Positions 1 through 10,111 of a stretch of DNA of 64,000 nt are shown piece after piece (positions within the stretch are counted from its first letter, which is position 1; every line of letters starts with the position of its first letter). Source of the stretch: a virus (Duplodnaviria > Caudoviricetes); the IMG/VR virus record IMGVR_UViG_3300045526_000331, positions 5,858-69,857 of that record. One strand, 5' to 3'. The notes under the pieces are model-generated. The model was not told the origin of the DNA, made no database searches, and worked only from the letters and a program-made list of their open reading frames with translations. A program made the position numbers and the translations under genes.

Positions 1-2445
1 GAGTTTACGGAGGATAGGGGGTTTAGGACTATAGAGAAACGTTGTCAGAGGGATGAGAATGGAAACTTCTCCTGGGTTCCTGTGTCAGCCATCCCTACAT
101 ACTTTCGTTCTTTATTGCCAACTTGCTCAGAGACTGTCCATGGTATGCAAGCCATAGTAGATGATGGCAATAACTCTGAGGTTGTTGTTTGTCAGAGGTA
201 TCAGGGGGTTATGAGGTGGGTGAGGAATGGGAAGAGAATCCCCAACCGTTTCCATAAAAAGGGGCCTTTGGTGACCAAGGAGCAATTTCTATCTTCCTTC
301 GGACCTATCTCCGAACTGGAGACAAAGTCTGGCTCGGGGTTTGATTGGGCTGGCCAGAGTAAGGAGATTGTTGACGTGGCCCTAAACGAAGCCATGAAAG
401 ACATCCCACTGACAGGCACAGATCCCCAACTTAAGATAATTCTGGCCGCCATGGGGAAAATCCCCTCAAAGGCATTTGACAGAGCTGAGACTCTTAGGAG
501 AATTGGGGTAGCCTCGATCACAAAGAGAACTGGACTACCCATAGACGAACTTTCTAGAGTTCTTAGGGAGGAATTGGATAGACAAGGACCCCTTGATCCT
601 GTAACGGGCAAAGTGATTGAGGGACTGGGTGAAGCAGCGGACATATTAATCAACGGTGCGAAATTCGGGACGGAAGCCGAAGCATTGGAAAGAGTTGGGC
701 AGAGGGTTCTTCAGGCCTCTGTTGCCTCCCTGTCCCCCCAATCCGCCTCGGTTGTGACCAGCCTCATGTCTGGCGGAGTGGTCGGAGCTATTGATGCCGC
801 AGTTGCCATAGGCCTTGATAAGCTCCCTGAAGAAGCCAATGTATTTGTCAAGCCGGTAGTAGACGCAGCAAAAACTCTTTTGAGTGGGCAGCCGGTTACA
901 ATGACCGACCTTGTGAACTCTGCAATTCAGGGGGGACTTTCTGACAAGGCATCTAAGGCCATCAATAAAGCTATTGGAGCTAACATAGTCTCTGCGGGTA
1001 CAATAGAGGTTCTGGCAGAATCGCTTCTTAGTGGGGGTCTGGGTGAAGTAGGAAAGCTGTTCACAGACTTTAATAACCTAGACTCCATAATCAGTCTGCC
1101 AGAGCCGTACTCGGGGGTCCCCAAACTGGCAAGCTCAGTGCTTGGACTTTTTGGCCAGGAGGGTGGCCTTCAGAACTTTTTTGGCGAAGGTGGAATAGGA
1201 TTAGAAGCCCTATCTTCCTTTTTCGGCCCGGAGTTGCAACCCGCTCTGACTATTCTGAAGGGGGTGAAAGATTTAGCCGGACTACTTAAGGGTGGCGCTA
1301 ACCAGGAGTGCCCCTGTGGTCCTAAATGCCGCAAGACTGAGCACGGGAAGGGTAGCGATGGCATTAACACTCTAGAATCATGTCGTTCTTTGCCATCTAA
1401 TACGGCCAATTCCTATTCTGGTTCTAATGTTCCCGTACCCAACAACACAGGTCCGGTGGCAAAAGAGGAAAAACTGGTCAATACCTTGATAGGGTCTCCC
1501 CTCATACCCTCCAACCCTACAAACCTCACCGCATCGATTAACGAGATTCCCCGAGTGGGAGAGATGGCTAGTAGGTTTTACGATGCCAGATACGCAGACA
1601 CCATCGATTTCATTCTTGAGCACGCCTATACCTACGAAGCAACTGAAAAAGCCCTGAAAGTAGCAGATAACAACATTACCAAAATAGAATCTATTGAGCG
1701 TAAGCTAATAGACGCGATGTTCAACCTGATCAACGACATAGTCTGTAATAAGAGGGGGGGAGGGGGCCTCTCTGTTATGACCGAGTTAATCGGAGATGTG
1801 AGAGAAAACGCCCAGGCAATCCGGGACCTGTACAACTATGTCAAGGCAATTGACTTAAAAAAGAGAGGCAAGAAAGCGGGGGTTAGGGTCACACCCAGCA
1901 TTGCCAAAACCTTTCAAAACATCTCCAGCCTATCCAAACTATCGGCAAGAAACTGCAAGGGGGCGTCAAAAATCCTCAATGGGGCGGTTACACCAGCCCA
2001 TTCAGAGTGGCTTAGCATTGAACCAGGGAATAACTTCAGTAGTGTGCTTGGAGTGTACTCTCCTGACATACCTGTTCCATTTCCCAACGAGCAAACCATC
2101 TTTAACAACTCCAGGGTGCTGAGTGAATCCCTAAATGAGAGGCTGGGGGAGTACGACCCCCAGTCTGGTGACGAAGTAAACTCATTACTCAATCCTAGAC
2201 AGGCCCAGGCCCTGCAGAATACCCCCTTCAGCTCAATTCCCACCTCTCTGGAGGAGGGGATAGAAAGACAGAGGCAATCTCTATCTCCCCTGGAGGAGGG
2301 GATAGAAAGACAGAGGCAATCTCTATCTCCTCTGGAGGAGGGCCAACTCTCACCTCAAAGTCTGGCCGGCCCAAGTCCAATTGAGGGTGGTGAAAGCCTC
2401 TACGACAGGATTACTAATCGCACCGGTCAAACTAATTGTGAATAA
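1..2445 (+). CDS. Large hypothetical, probably virion, protein; 5' end lies outside the window
   Basis: Frame of track ORF 82..2445 is open back to base 1; Gly/Ser/Leu-rich with Cys clusters; directly precedes terminase. Confidence 0.75.
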   Translation, partial: EFTEDRGFRTIEKRCQRDENGNFSWVPVSAIPTYFRSLLPTCSETVHGMQAIVDDGNNSEVVVCQRYQGVMRWVRNGKRIPNRFHKKGPLVTKEQFLSSFGPISELETKSGSGFDWAGQSKEIVDVALNEAMKDIPLTGTDPQLKIILAAMGKIPSKAFDRAETLRRIGVASITKRTGLPIDELSRVLREELDRQGPLDPVTGKVIEGLGEAADILINGAKFGTEAEALERVGQRVLQASVASLSPQSASVVTSLMSGGVVGAIDAAVAIGLDKLPEEANVFVKPVVDAAKTLLSGQPVTMTDLVNSAIQGGLSDKASKAINKAIGANIVSAGTIEVLAESLLSGGLGEVGKLFTDFNNLDSIISLPEPYSGVPKLASSVLGLFGQEGGLQNFFGEGGIGLEALSSFFGPELQPALTILKGVKDLAGLLKGGANQECPCGPKCRKTEHGKGSDGINTLESCRSLPSNTANSYSGSNVPVPNNTGPVAKEEKLVNTLIGSPLIPSNPTNLTASINEIPRVGEMASRFYDARYADTIDFILEHAYTYEATEKALKVADNNITKIESIERKLIDAMFNLINDIVCNKRGGGGLSVMTELIGDVRENAQAIRDLYNYVKAIDLKKRGKKAGVRVTPSIAKTFQNISSLSKLSARNCKGASKILNGAVTPAHSEWLSIEPGNNFSSVLGVYSPDIPVPFPNEQTIFNNSRVLSESLNERLGEYDPQSGDEVNSLLNPRQAQALQNTPFSSIPTSLEEGIERQRQSLSPLEEGIERQRQSLSPLEEGQLSPQSLAGPSPIEGGESLYDRITNRTGQTNCE
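2248..2342 (+). repeat. In-frame 42-bp tandem repeat (about 2.3 copies) encoding LEEGIERQRQSLSP
   Basis: ctggaggaggggatagaaagacagaggcaatctctatctcc starts at 2248 and 2290, with a partial copy at 2332. Confidence 0.95.
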
Positions 2446-4018
2446 GGCAGAACTGGCCAGGGAGAAAGAACTGGTTAGAGAGATGGAGGGCAGAATAGAA
2501 AGCCTGAGTTTCTCCGAAAAGAAGGAGCTTTTGCGCCTAAAATGCCGAACTGAGTTCATTACCTACGCCAAATACCTGACCCGGGAAGTGAGTACCAATG
2601 GTATATTCCAGCCCTTCCCTGTTCACGAACTGATTTGTGACTGGGTCCAGAAGATCTGTGATGGGGACAACGACTATCAAAGGTCGGCCATTTCCCTTCC
2701 CCCTCGAACGGGAAAAAGCCTGCTGATTAGTAAGCTAATGCCATCTTGGCAGTTAGGTAGAAGTCCGTCCGCTCAGTTTATCATGGCAAGCTACGCCTTG
2801 AAACTTAGCCATGAGAACAGCAGGGCAATTCTTGAGTATTGCTCTAGCCCAGCCTTTCAATGGATATTCCCCGAATGCACTATTGACAGAAAAGAGTGCA
2901 ATCTGAAAATCATTCGCACTGGCCAGGGAGGGAAGATAATGTCTGCGTCGGCAGGATCTGGGGTGACCGGGTTTGGCTTTGGAGTCATTTCCAGCGAGGA
3001 TTTGCCCGGCATTGGTATTCTCGATGACGTGATTGAGGACGGTAACTCTATTCAAGTTCTTGACACTACTTGGGGGTGGGTCAGTCAGCAGTTTGGAACT
3101 CGCATGCTGCCCAACTTCGCCCTTATGAGCATGGGAACTAGATTCCATGAGTATGACATTATTGGCAGACAGGTAGAAAGCGACCCGGACAAATGGAAAG
3201 TTTTGAACGTACCTGCTCTGTGTGTAGATGAGGAGAACGACCCCCTTAATCGTAGCTTGGGACAGTCCCATTGGCCCGAGTTCTTCCCTGTGGATGTCCT
3301 GGAGAGTGTGAAGAACCAGGATGAGAAAACCTTCCAGAGCCTGTATCAAGGGGATCCTCAGTCGGGGAATGCCTCTGTGTTTAAGGACTCCTGGTTTGAG
3401 TACCACGACAAGAACAAAGAGTCTTATGAGTATGTTTTTGCCACTGCGGATACTGCGCTGAAGAGGCAGGAGATGAACGACCCTTCTGTGGTCTGCATCT
3501 TCGGGGTGGTAAAAAAGAGCAGAAAGCTACACCTGCTCCATGTCTACAAAGAGCGGATGGAGTTTCCAGAACTGCTCAAGGCCATGCCTGTTTGGATGAA
3601 GCTGTGGAAGGTAAGGGCACTTTACATCGAGAGTAGAGCTTCCGGATTACCCCTTATTCAAATGCTACGCAAAGAGCTTCAGATTCCTGTTCGGGAACTC
3701 ATTCCGACAAAGGACAAGGTTTTGAGAGCTAATGAGGTTGCACCTATTGCCGAGGATGGAAGAGTCTCTATCTACTCCAACATCCCCGATCTGCCCGAAC
3801 TCATGTCAGAACTGGTTTCTTTTCCATTTACAAAGCATGACGACTTTGTCGATTCATTTTCTTCCGGCCTGAAGGTGTACAGGGATGAGATTATGGGTGG
3901 ATCTAAGGCTGCTCATGGGGGTGTGCGAATGAAGCTGCCCATGCTCAATCACCTTGGAGGAGTTCAGAGATTAACCTCCCGCCTTGGAAGAGGAGCGGTA
4001 AGGACGACATATTTGTAA
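2438..4018 (+). CDS. terL: Terminase large subunit (probable GTG start 2438; track start 2381)
   Basis: Walker A PPRTGKS, Walker B GILDDVIED, C-terminal nuclease motifs ADTA and HDDFVDS. Confidence 0.93.
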   Translation: MNKAELAREKELVREMEGRIESLSFSEKKELLRLKCRTEFITYAKYLTREVSTNGIFQPFPVHELICDWVQKICDGDNDYQRSAISLPPRTGKSLLISKLMPSWQLGRSPSAQFIMASYALKLSHENSRAILEYCSSPAFQWIFPECTIDRKECNLKIIRTGQGGKIMSASAGSGVTGFGFGVISSEDLPGIGILDDVIEDGNSIQVLDTTWGWVSQQFGTRMLPNFALMSMGTRFHEYDIIGRQVESDPDKWKVLNVPALCVDEENDPLNRSLGQSHWPEFFPVDVLESVKNQDEKTFQSLYQGDPQSGNASVFKDSWFEYHDKNKESYEYVFATADTALKRQEMNDPSVVCIFGVVKKSRKLHLLHVYKERMEFPELLKAMPVWMKLWKVRALYIESRASGLPLIQMLRKELQIPVRELIPTKDKVLRANEVAPIAEDGRVSIYSNIPDLPELMSELVSFPFTKHDDFVDSFSSGLKVYRDEIMGGSKAAHGGVRMKLPMLNHLGGVQRLTSRLGRGAVRTTYL

Positions 4019-4024
4019 AACTTA

Positions 4025-4033
4025 TGGTAGAAT
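4025..4033 (+). promoter_or_regulatory. Extended -10 promoter TGGTAGAAT for the thioredoxin-sigma operon
   Basis: TGn-TAnnnT ending 28 nt upstream of ATG 4062. Confidence 0.55.
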
Positions 4034-4061
4034 TTACACCGTGCGTTAATAGCGGAGGATT

Positions 4062-4394
4062 ATGACGCAATTTAAGTACAGGGCGGTTTTGTTCTCACAA
4101 CCGGGCTGCCCTGCTTGCCAAGCCATGAAGCCAATTTGGGGGAAGGTAGCAGGAGAGATTGCGGAGGAATACCCTCACTACAATGTGGGCTGGGGAGAAT
4201 TTAATGTCCTTGATGACTCCTGGGAGTTTTTAGAGTCGCTGGTTCCGGGGACCAGTGGACAGGGAACCCCGGAAATCGCCCTGTTCGATGAAGAGTCAAA
4301 CCTGATCGGATTCAACGGTGATGGCATTATGCCGGCAAGTCAACTCAAGGACTGGATTCTCAATTCTATTTCAAGAGGGGTTGTTACTGAATGA
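4062..4394 (+). CDS. Thioredoxin-like protein
   Basis: CPAC CxxC motif after a hydrophobic strand; GTPE cis-Pro loop. Confidence 0.8.
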   Translation: MTQFKYRAVLFSQPGCPACQAMKPIWGKVAGEIAEEYPHYNVGWGEFNVLDDSWEFLESLVPGTSGQGTPEIALFDEESNLIGFNGDGIMPASQLKDWILNSISRGVVTE

Positions 4395-5110
4395 GACCTG
4401 TAGAGCTTCAGAGACTTAACGCAGCCCGGAGAAAAACTGAGGAGGAGAGGACTAGAGATAAGCATATTCGGGAGAATATGTGGAAGGCTAGCCAGGCTGC
4501 GAGAAAGGTGTCTAGCTTTAGTGGCGTACCGTTTGAAGATCTGAGATCTGTGGCCCTTGAGGCTATGGTAAAACTCTACGCTAAGTGGGACCCCAGCAAA
4601 GCTAACTTTAGCACCTGGCTGAATAGAAGTCTGACCTACCAGCTTCTGAACTACCTCAGGGACGGATCGAGAATGGTCAAGTTCCCTCGGGCCTATTCAG
4701 ATACCTACATGAGGATTAGAAAGACCATTGCTGAAAGGCCAGAGGTCACCCACAAAGAGTTGTCTGAAAGGACAGGGATCAGCGAACAGCTAATTTCTGA
4801 AACCAGGGAGGCGTTTCAGATGTCCTATGTCGAGATTGACGAGGACACAGATATTGCCATGGATGAAGCATTGTTGGAGGATAATAGCCTTGGTAGTTTG
4901 TTTGGGGACTATAGAGAGGTTCTGGAGCGACTGTCAGATTTACCCCAAGACGAGTACAACTTCTTAACCGATGTGTACATTCACAAGAGGGCCCAGTCTA
5001 CCATTTACAGAAAGTATGGAAATGCAGGCACACCCGAAGCCATCAAGAAAAAGACCGAGGAGATTATGTCCAAGGTCCTGAATAGGGAGGAGGACAATGG
5101 CCAGAGCTAA
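4391..5110 (+). CDS. Phage sigma-70 family (group 3/SigF-like) sigma factor
   Basis: Region 2-like segment EDLRSVALEAMVKLYAKWDPSKANFSTW...NYLRD...VKFPR; region 3 HTH; degenerate region 4. Confidence 0.88.
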   Translation: MRPVELQRLNAARRKTEEERTRDKHIRENMWKASQAARKVSSFSGVPFEDLRSVALEAMVKLYAKWDPSKANFSTWLNRSLTYQLLNYLRDGSRMVKFPRAYSDTYMRIRKTIAERPEVTHKELSERTGISEQLISETREAFQMSYVEIDEDTDIAMDEALLEDNSLGSLFGDYREVLERLSDLPQDEYNFLTDVYIHKRAQSTIYRKYGNAGTPEAIKKKTEEIMSKVLNREEDNGQS

Positions 5111-5807
5111 GGTTATCATTGCCGGAGTTCAGTACGGCAAAGGAGATTTTAGCAAGAAATGGACAGCTTTGGTCAGCTCCTATGAGGTAGGAGTTAAAGT
5201 GAGGGCGGCAGATGCCGCCTTCCTGGTTGAAGCATGTGGAATGGTCGAACGCTATGCGAAGATCATGAGCAGGGGTAGGGTGGAGTTCAAGGTGGTGAAT
5301 AAGGTGTTTAATGGGAGGAGGGTCAAGGGGATTGCCCTTGTCACTCCCAACTCTGGATATGAGGTTTGGGTTGGCAAGTCCCAGTTAATGGACAGATTGT
5401 TTCCCCGCACCCTTCTCCGAGATGAATCAAAGGAGAACAGGAAGAGGGCGTTGAGAGCCCTCCGGGCCATCATCGACCCCCAGATTAAGGAGTTTAGAAT
5501 GGCGAATATAGAGAATCTTAGGGGAGGATTCTATCACATCGATCACGTCTACCCATTCAAACTCTTGGTCCAGGAGTGGTGCAGGAAAGAAGGATTGGAC
5601 CTGGAGACCATACCGGTGAAATGCAGGGGGATGTTTTGCCAGCTAAGCTCAGTGTCCATGGCCGAAAGCTGGTTTGACTACCACGCTCTGAACGCAAAGC
5701 TGCAGATTCTCAATGCAGCGGAGAATTTGAGCAAGGGGTCTAAGTACTTTGGTGAGACAGTAACTCTTCCAGAATCCGGCCAGCTTCCTGAGCAACCATC
5801 TGACTAA
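5097..5807 (+). CDS. DCL/DUF3223-like protein with a His-containing C-terminal domain
   Basis: Pattern W..LV..Y.VG...DA.FL...Y.KI..G...FKV; YHIDHVYPF. Confidence 0.55.
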   Translation: MARAKVIIAGVQYGKGDFSKKWTALVSSYEVGVKVRAADAAFLVEACGMVERYAKIMSRGRVEFKVVNKVFNGRRVKGIALVTPNSGYEVWVGKSQLMDRLFPRTLLRDESKENRKRALRALRAIIDPQIKEFRMANIENLRGGFYHIDHVYPFKLLVQEWCRKEGLDLETIPVKCRGMFCQLSSVSMAESWFDYHALNAKLQILNAAENLSKGSKYFGETVTLPESGQLPEQPSD

Positions 5808-6255
5808 TTTCTGGACTGGTTTCAACACGGTTCAGCCACGGCATACCCCGGTAGGTGTCGGCCGAGTTGGTCACTGCGCTATAGACTGGAACGGATGGCC
5901 TGTTGACATAAGATTGTGCCCCTCCATACTTTCGGATTAGGAATTGGGCTACGGGGGACTCTGGACCCAGCTCTTCCAGTTCCACCTCAAGCCTTTGCAA
6001 GGCGGACTGAAGCCTGAGGAAGAGCTTCTCTCCCTCGTTATCCTCGGACTCTACCTCTACGCTAATTTGCCCCAGAGATCGGACATATTGGGAGAAGTTG
6101 AACTCTGCTTCTCGGGTAAACCCCTCTGCGACGTGCCTGAGGAACTCCCTTCTTACTCCCTCCTGGACCTGGGAAAGAGCCTCTCTTTTTAGGATGTCCT
6201 TTTGGGCGGATTCAACAACGTCTTTAACAAACAGACCGAGGAGGGACTTTAACAT
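5740..6255 (-). CDS. Hypothetical protein, probably virion
   Basis: 171-aa ORF co-oriented and 3 nt downstream of the tail hub gene. Confidence 0.7.
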   Translation of the reverse strand: MLKSLLGLFVKDVVESAQKDILKREALSQVQEGVRREFLRHVAEGFTREAEFNFSQYVRSLGQISVEVESEDNEGEKLFLRLQSALQRLEVELEELGPESPVAQFLIRKYGGAQSYVNRPSVPVYSAVTNSADTYRGMPWLNRVETSPEISQMVAQEAGRILEELLSHQST

Positions 6256-6258
6256 GGC

Positions 6259-9200
6259 TTAGGTCTGACTTCTTTGACACTTAAAGTTACTACCATCAGG
6301 TCCAAAAAACTTTCTAGCCTCTTCCGCTCTTCTGGAGTCCTCCCCCCTTTCGTAATACTTATTCCATAGCATAGCAGCTTCCTCAGGGGTCTTAGCATTA
6401 TTCATTTCCGATACTATAGCTGTATCAACATCCTTCCCCTCCTTTATTTCACTGACCATAAACTGCAGTTGACAGTCTAGATTCCCTACATTCCCACACT
6501 TTTTTACTACATTTTCCTTCCTCACTCCACCCCACTGAGCTACCCCGTAGCACTCTTCTCTAGCTCCACTTCTAGACGTACAAGTTTTTGATTCGTACTC
6601 GTTATGGATATTGGCATTTATTCCTTTGCTCTCGATAGAAAAGTTTCCCAATACTCCCGCTATGGCAACAGGTCCGTTAATTCCCGAGGCCTTTAACGCC
6701 CCAGCTATGGCTTGAATATCTGATTTCTTTCCGGACAAGTGCTGACCTACATATTCACAATCCGAGCTGGGGAAGGATGACACCGATGGATTAGACCCTG
6801 TTCTGCTCCTGAGAAAGTCTCTGACTTCTTCCGCCTCGGCGCAGATCTCCTCGCATGAGTTTTTTCCTCCCTCCAGGGTGTAGCACAAGTCCCCCAAAGA
6901 TCGGATGTAGTTGTAGTAATCGTTCCCCTTCTCAAACTTCTGACTCTTCATATAGTCCTCGAATGACGGGGCGGGAACCTTCGCAGTGACAACACCCCAG
7001 TCCGTCACCCCTTCAATACCAACCCTTAGGTTGCCCTGGGTCCAGTTGTACCTCACAGATTGAACAAACCATTTAGAGAAACGTTGTGGAATCCACACCC
7101 CAGGGTCTATGGTGGATGGGCGCCCGTTCTCAATCCACTCATCATATTTCGTAACAAAACTCAAAACTGTCCGACCAGGGATAATCCTGAGTGCCCGGGG
7201 CACACCGACAAACTCCGTGCTGATCTTGGCACCGATAGCCGTAGGGGAGCCCTGGACGCCTGAAGAGACTCCTGTAGCCGTCCCAGTAGAGGTCTGGCCA
7301 GCCCTCACCCCCTCCAGGGAGCCGTCTCTGAAGTGGGCTAGCAGCAGGTCATATCCTGCCGGAGTCCTGATCTCCACATAGTTGCCATATCCCCCGGGCT
7401 CATTTCCAGTTTTTATCACAGACGCCCCATTTACCACCGTAACGGGCTGATTATCATTCCCACCATAGTCAATACCGTTGTGAGGTCCGCCTCTTCTCGG
7501 TGCCCCATACCCAGAAGTTACTGGCCAAGCACTAGCCGGTTTGCCACCAATTCTAACATAGGCATCTACATCTGCGTCGGTGATTGGAACACCCCTTCCG
7601 CCTCTCTGACCTGGAGGGAATTTTTCTACGTGGAGGTGGGGACCAGTAGAATTGCCCGTACTGCCAACTCTTCCGACATATACCCCTGAGGTTTGTTGCC
7701 CAGAACTAGATTTTGGATCTAGCCCGGCCTTAGCTCTTTCTTCGTCCGTGAGGGCCTGAGTGGGTACAGCAAACCCCTTCACAATAGCAGGATCGACGGT
7801 GATAACCTGCGTGCCGCTAAACCCCTTCAAAAACAATCTGACCTGCTCGGGTTCACTAGCTGCGGCCGTTCCCAGTTTCTGATTCATTCTAACCTGTGAA
7901 CCGTATGCCAAGCCCTCTTCAATTTTGTTTATCTTGTTCGATTCCTGAAAAATAACCTTGTTAAAGCACTCTTTGGGCTCCTCCTTTTTGCACATTCGGA
8001 GGAAATAGTTCGTCTCAATGGTAATTGATCCGCTGTCTCTGGAAATACCTTTAATCGTCCCATCCAATATGGCATTGGAAGTAGAACCATTTACCCCCAC
8101 ACCGAACATATACGTCTCGGAGTACTCTCTAAGGTCTACCTTTGAGTCAATTAGTTTTAACGCAGGGGCCCTTCCTCTTAGCTTTTTCATGTCTACTGTA
8201 AACTGCTGGGGAAAAGGATCTAGCTTCGCATCCTTCAGCTTTTCCCTGCGCCTTGTCGGGGAAATGTCATCCAATTCGTAAGTACCATGATTAAATTGAG
8301 CCCGGACGTCGTCAACACCTGTACTCCCGTCATTACCCACCTCAAGGTTTTGATTTAGGATATTTGGGTCTACGCCCCCTGTGATATTATAGCCCTCGTA
8401 CAGGCCCTTTCCCAGGTAAAATACTGAACAGCCCTGGTTTACATTGGCTCTGGTGCAAATAGATAGCTTGTTTGCATACTTTTTAATGGGGAGTTTACTG
8501 TACGTTCCTTTTACACTACGGACGTACTTTCTTATGACCTCTTCAGCAGTTACCGATCTTTCCTTAAAGCTTCGGGGAATAAGATACTCTTTACTATAGT
8601 CTACGCCAGGAGGATTGCAAAAGGAAACTGTGTGTCCATAATCCTTTACAATCTCCTTTAAGTTATCTTCCAGAGTCATATTCTCCTTTAGCTGGAAGTT
8701 ATTCAGGGTTTGGTTGAATGCTATGGTTTGAGGGTCGACTCCACGGATGGACACGGAGGGGTAGGATCCCCCATGCTTAATGTCAAACCCCTGCACCCTG
8801 AAGTAGGTCTCAAGGCTGAACTTTGTACCGGCTACCTCATAGTATAGGGTGATCAGGAGGTGAGCAAATTGCCCCAAGACCCCCTTCCTTTCACCTGGAT
8901 CTTCTACGTCAATATACTCAAAGCACCGGTCTTTCCGGGGATCTTGACCCGCCCCACACTTAGGCAAGAGGATGTTATGGGCTGCGGCATTTGTCTGATT
9001 GGTGAAGGCTGCAGCAGTGTCAAAAAGAACTGCCCAGGAGGCCCCCGTCATGTATGGATCTGTAAGGGTAACCTGGGCAGTCGAACCGGTCAACGCATTG
9101 ACAAACTGAGTAGGACCTAGGGCTCCATCAGCATTTAGATTTATCGGGTCGGGAGACCAGCTCATGTTTATTTGAGCATTGGCCACCTGCTTCTCCTCGA

Positions 9201-9270
9201 AGACAACCATATAGTTGACTCCGAAGGGACGGTAGGCTACACGACATTTGCACCGATAAAGGCTATGCAC
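6259..9270 (-). CDS. Baseplate hub/tail-associated lysin with M23 peptidase and C-terminal lysozyme-like domains
   Basis: GSTGNSTGPHLH, HNGID and GGYGNYV motifs; C-terminal GVLGNFSIES...YGVAQW...QLQFM...AMLWNKYYER. Confidence 0.82.
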   Translation of the reverse strand: MHSLYRCKCRVAYRPFGVNYMVVFEEKQVANAQINMSWSPDPINLNADGALGPTQFVNALTGSTAQVTLTDPYMTGASWAVLFDTAAAFTNQTNAAAHNILLPKCGAGQDPRKDRCFEYIDVEDPGERKGVLGQFAHLLITLYYEVAGTKFSLETYFRVQGFDIKHGGSYPSVSIRGVDPQTIAFNQTLNNFQLKENMTLEDNLKEIVKDYGHTVSFCNPPGVDYSKEYLIPRSFKERSVTAEEVIRKYVRSVKGTYSKLPIKKYANKLSICTRANVNQGCSVFYLGKGLYEGYNITGGVDPNILNQNLEVGNDGSTGVDDVRAQFNHGTYELDDISPTRRREKLKDAKLDPFPQQFTVDMKKLRGRAPALKLIDSKVDLREYSETYMFGVGVNGSTSNAILDGTIKGISRDSGSITIETNYFLRMCKKEEPKECFNKVIFQESNKINKIEEGLAYGSQVRMNQKLGTAAASEPEQVRLFLKGFSGTQVITVDPAIVKGFAVPTQALTDEERAKAGLDPKSSSGQQTSGVYVGRVGSTGNSTGPHLHVEKFPPGQRGGRGVPITDADVDAYVRIGGKPASAWPVTSGYGAPRRGGPHNGIDYGGNDNQPVTVVNGASVIKTGNEPGGYGNYVEIRTPAGYDLLLAHFRDGSLEGVRAGQTSTGTATGVSSGVQGSPTAIGAKISTEFVGVPRALRIIPGRTVLSFVTKYDEWIENGRPSTIDPGVWIPQRFSKWFVQSVRYNWTQGNLRVGIEGVTDWGVVTAKVPAPSFEDYMKSQKFEKGNDYYNYIRSLGDLCYTLEGGKNSCEEICAEAEEVRDFLRSRTGSNPSVSSFPSSDCEYVGQHLSGKKSDIQAIAGALKASGINGPVAIAGVLGNFSIESKGINANIHNEYESKTCTSRSGAREECYGVAQWGGVRKENVVKKCGNVGNLDCQLQFMVSEIKEGKDVDTAIVSEMNNAKTPEEAAMLWNKYYERGEDSRRAEEARKFFGPDGSNFKCQRSQT

Positions 9271-9282
9271 AATGGTCTAGGA

Positions 9283-10059
9283 TCAGACAATTTCTGCGAC
9301 GTTGAACGTAATGGTCTTGGGAGTAGGATCGAGATTCACACCACCACCTGCAGTCCCGCCATCATCTTGAACCTGGAAGGTAAAGGTGGTGTAGGGAGTA
9401 CCAAACTCTCCAGTAGCCGGGGTAAAGGTAAGGAGGGCAATACTGGCCGCCGGTACAAAATCGCCTGCGGTGACAGGAGTGCCATCCAAATCCAAAGTAC
9501 CATCGGCAGGAAGCGTGGTAATCTTCACTGCGTAGAGGGAGTTGGCAGGGTTGTCGTTAGTATCGCTAAAACCAAAGTCAGAGGCGGAGAAGGTATAGAC
9601 CTCATCTTCGTCAATAGAAATGGTCTTGCTGGTTCCGGTCGGCGGGTTATTGACCGGGGCTACGTTGTCAAAGATGGAGAGAAGGGTGACACTAAGGTTG
9701 TACACAGCCACCATGAAGTGGTAATCACCCTCTCCAGCAATACCCACGTACCGAGATACATTGACAAGTTGATCGTTCAGGGAGTCGACGTAGGGATCGG
9801 TCGGAACATCGACATTACTAACCAGGGCATCAATGACCAGTTCAAGCATGCCATAGGCATATTGTTTGGCCGAGTAGCCCATGCTAGGGCCACATCGGTT
9901 GAACTTGTCCAGGAGTGCTTGTCTGGCTGCGGGGGTATTGCTACCTTCGGAGTAGTTCTCCAGGAGTTCATCTCCCAGAACGGTCTCGAACCAGGACTGG
10001 AGTTCAAGCTTATAGTTGTATTCGATGCCGATAAGGCGTCTTAGGGTGGATACTGACAT
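9283..10059 (-). CDS. Virion protein with C-terminal cadherin-like/Ig domain
   Basis: NNPPTGTSKTISIDEDEVYTFSASDFGFSD...LTFTP...TFTFQVQDDGG. Confidence 0.75.
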   Translation of the reverse strand: MSVSTLRRLIGIEYNYKLELQSWFETVLGDELLENYSEGSNTPAARQALLDKFNRCGPSMGYSAKQYAYGMLELVIDALVSNVDVPTDPYVDSLNDQLVNVSRYVGIAGEGDYHFMVAVYNLSVTLLSIFDNVAPVNNPPTGTSKTISIDEDEVYTFSASDFGFSDTNDNPANSLYAVKITTLPADGTLDLDGTPVTAGDFVPAASIALLTFTPATGEFGTPYTTFTFQVQDDGGTAGGGVNLDPTPKTITFNVAEIV

Positions 10060-10099
10060 GGCAATGATGAGGTTTGGGGAATCGCCCCGGGTACATCAT

Positions 10100-10108
10100 G
10101 CTTTCAAC
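10100..10108 (-). promoter_or_regulatory. Late-type motif GTTGAAAGC
   Basis: 40 nt upstream of the ORF starting at 10059. Confidence 0.7.
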
Positions 10109-10111
10109 GGA

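Noticed and set aside
2248-2342. 42-bp repeat as a regulatory or mobile element
   Set aside because: It is an in-frame duplication in a low-complexity protein tail.
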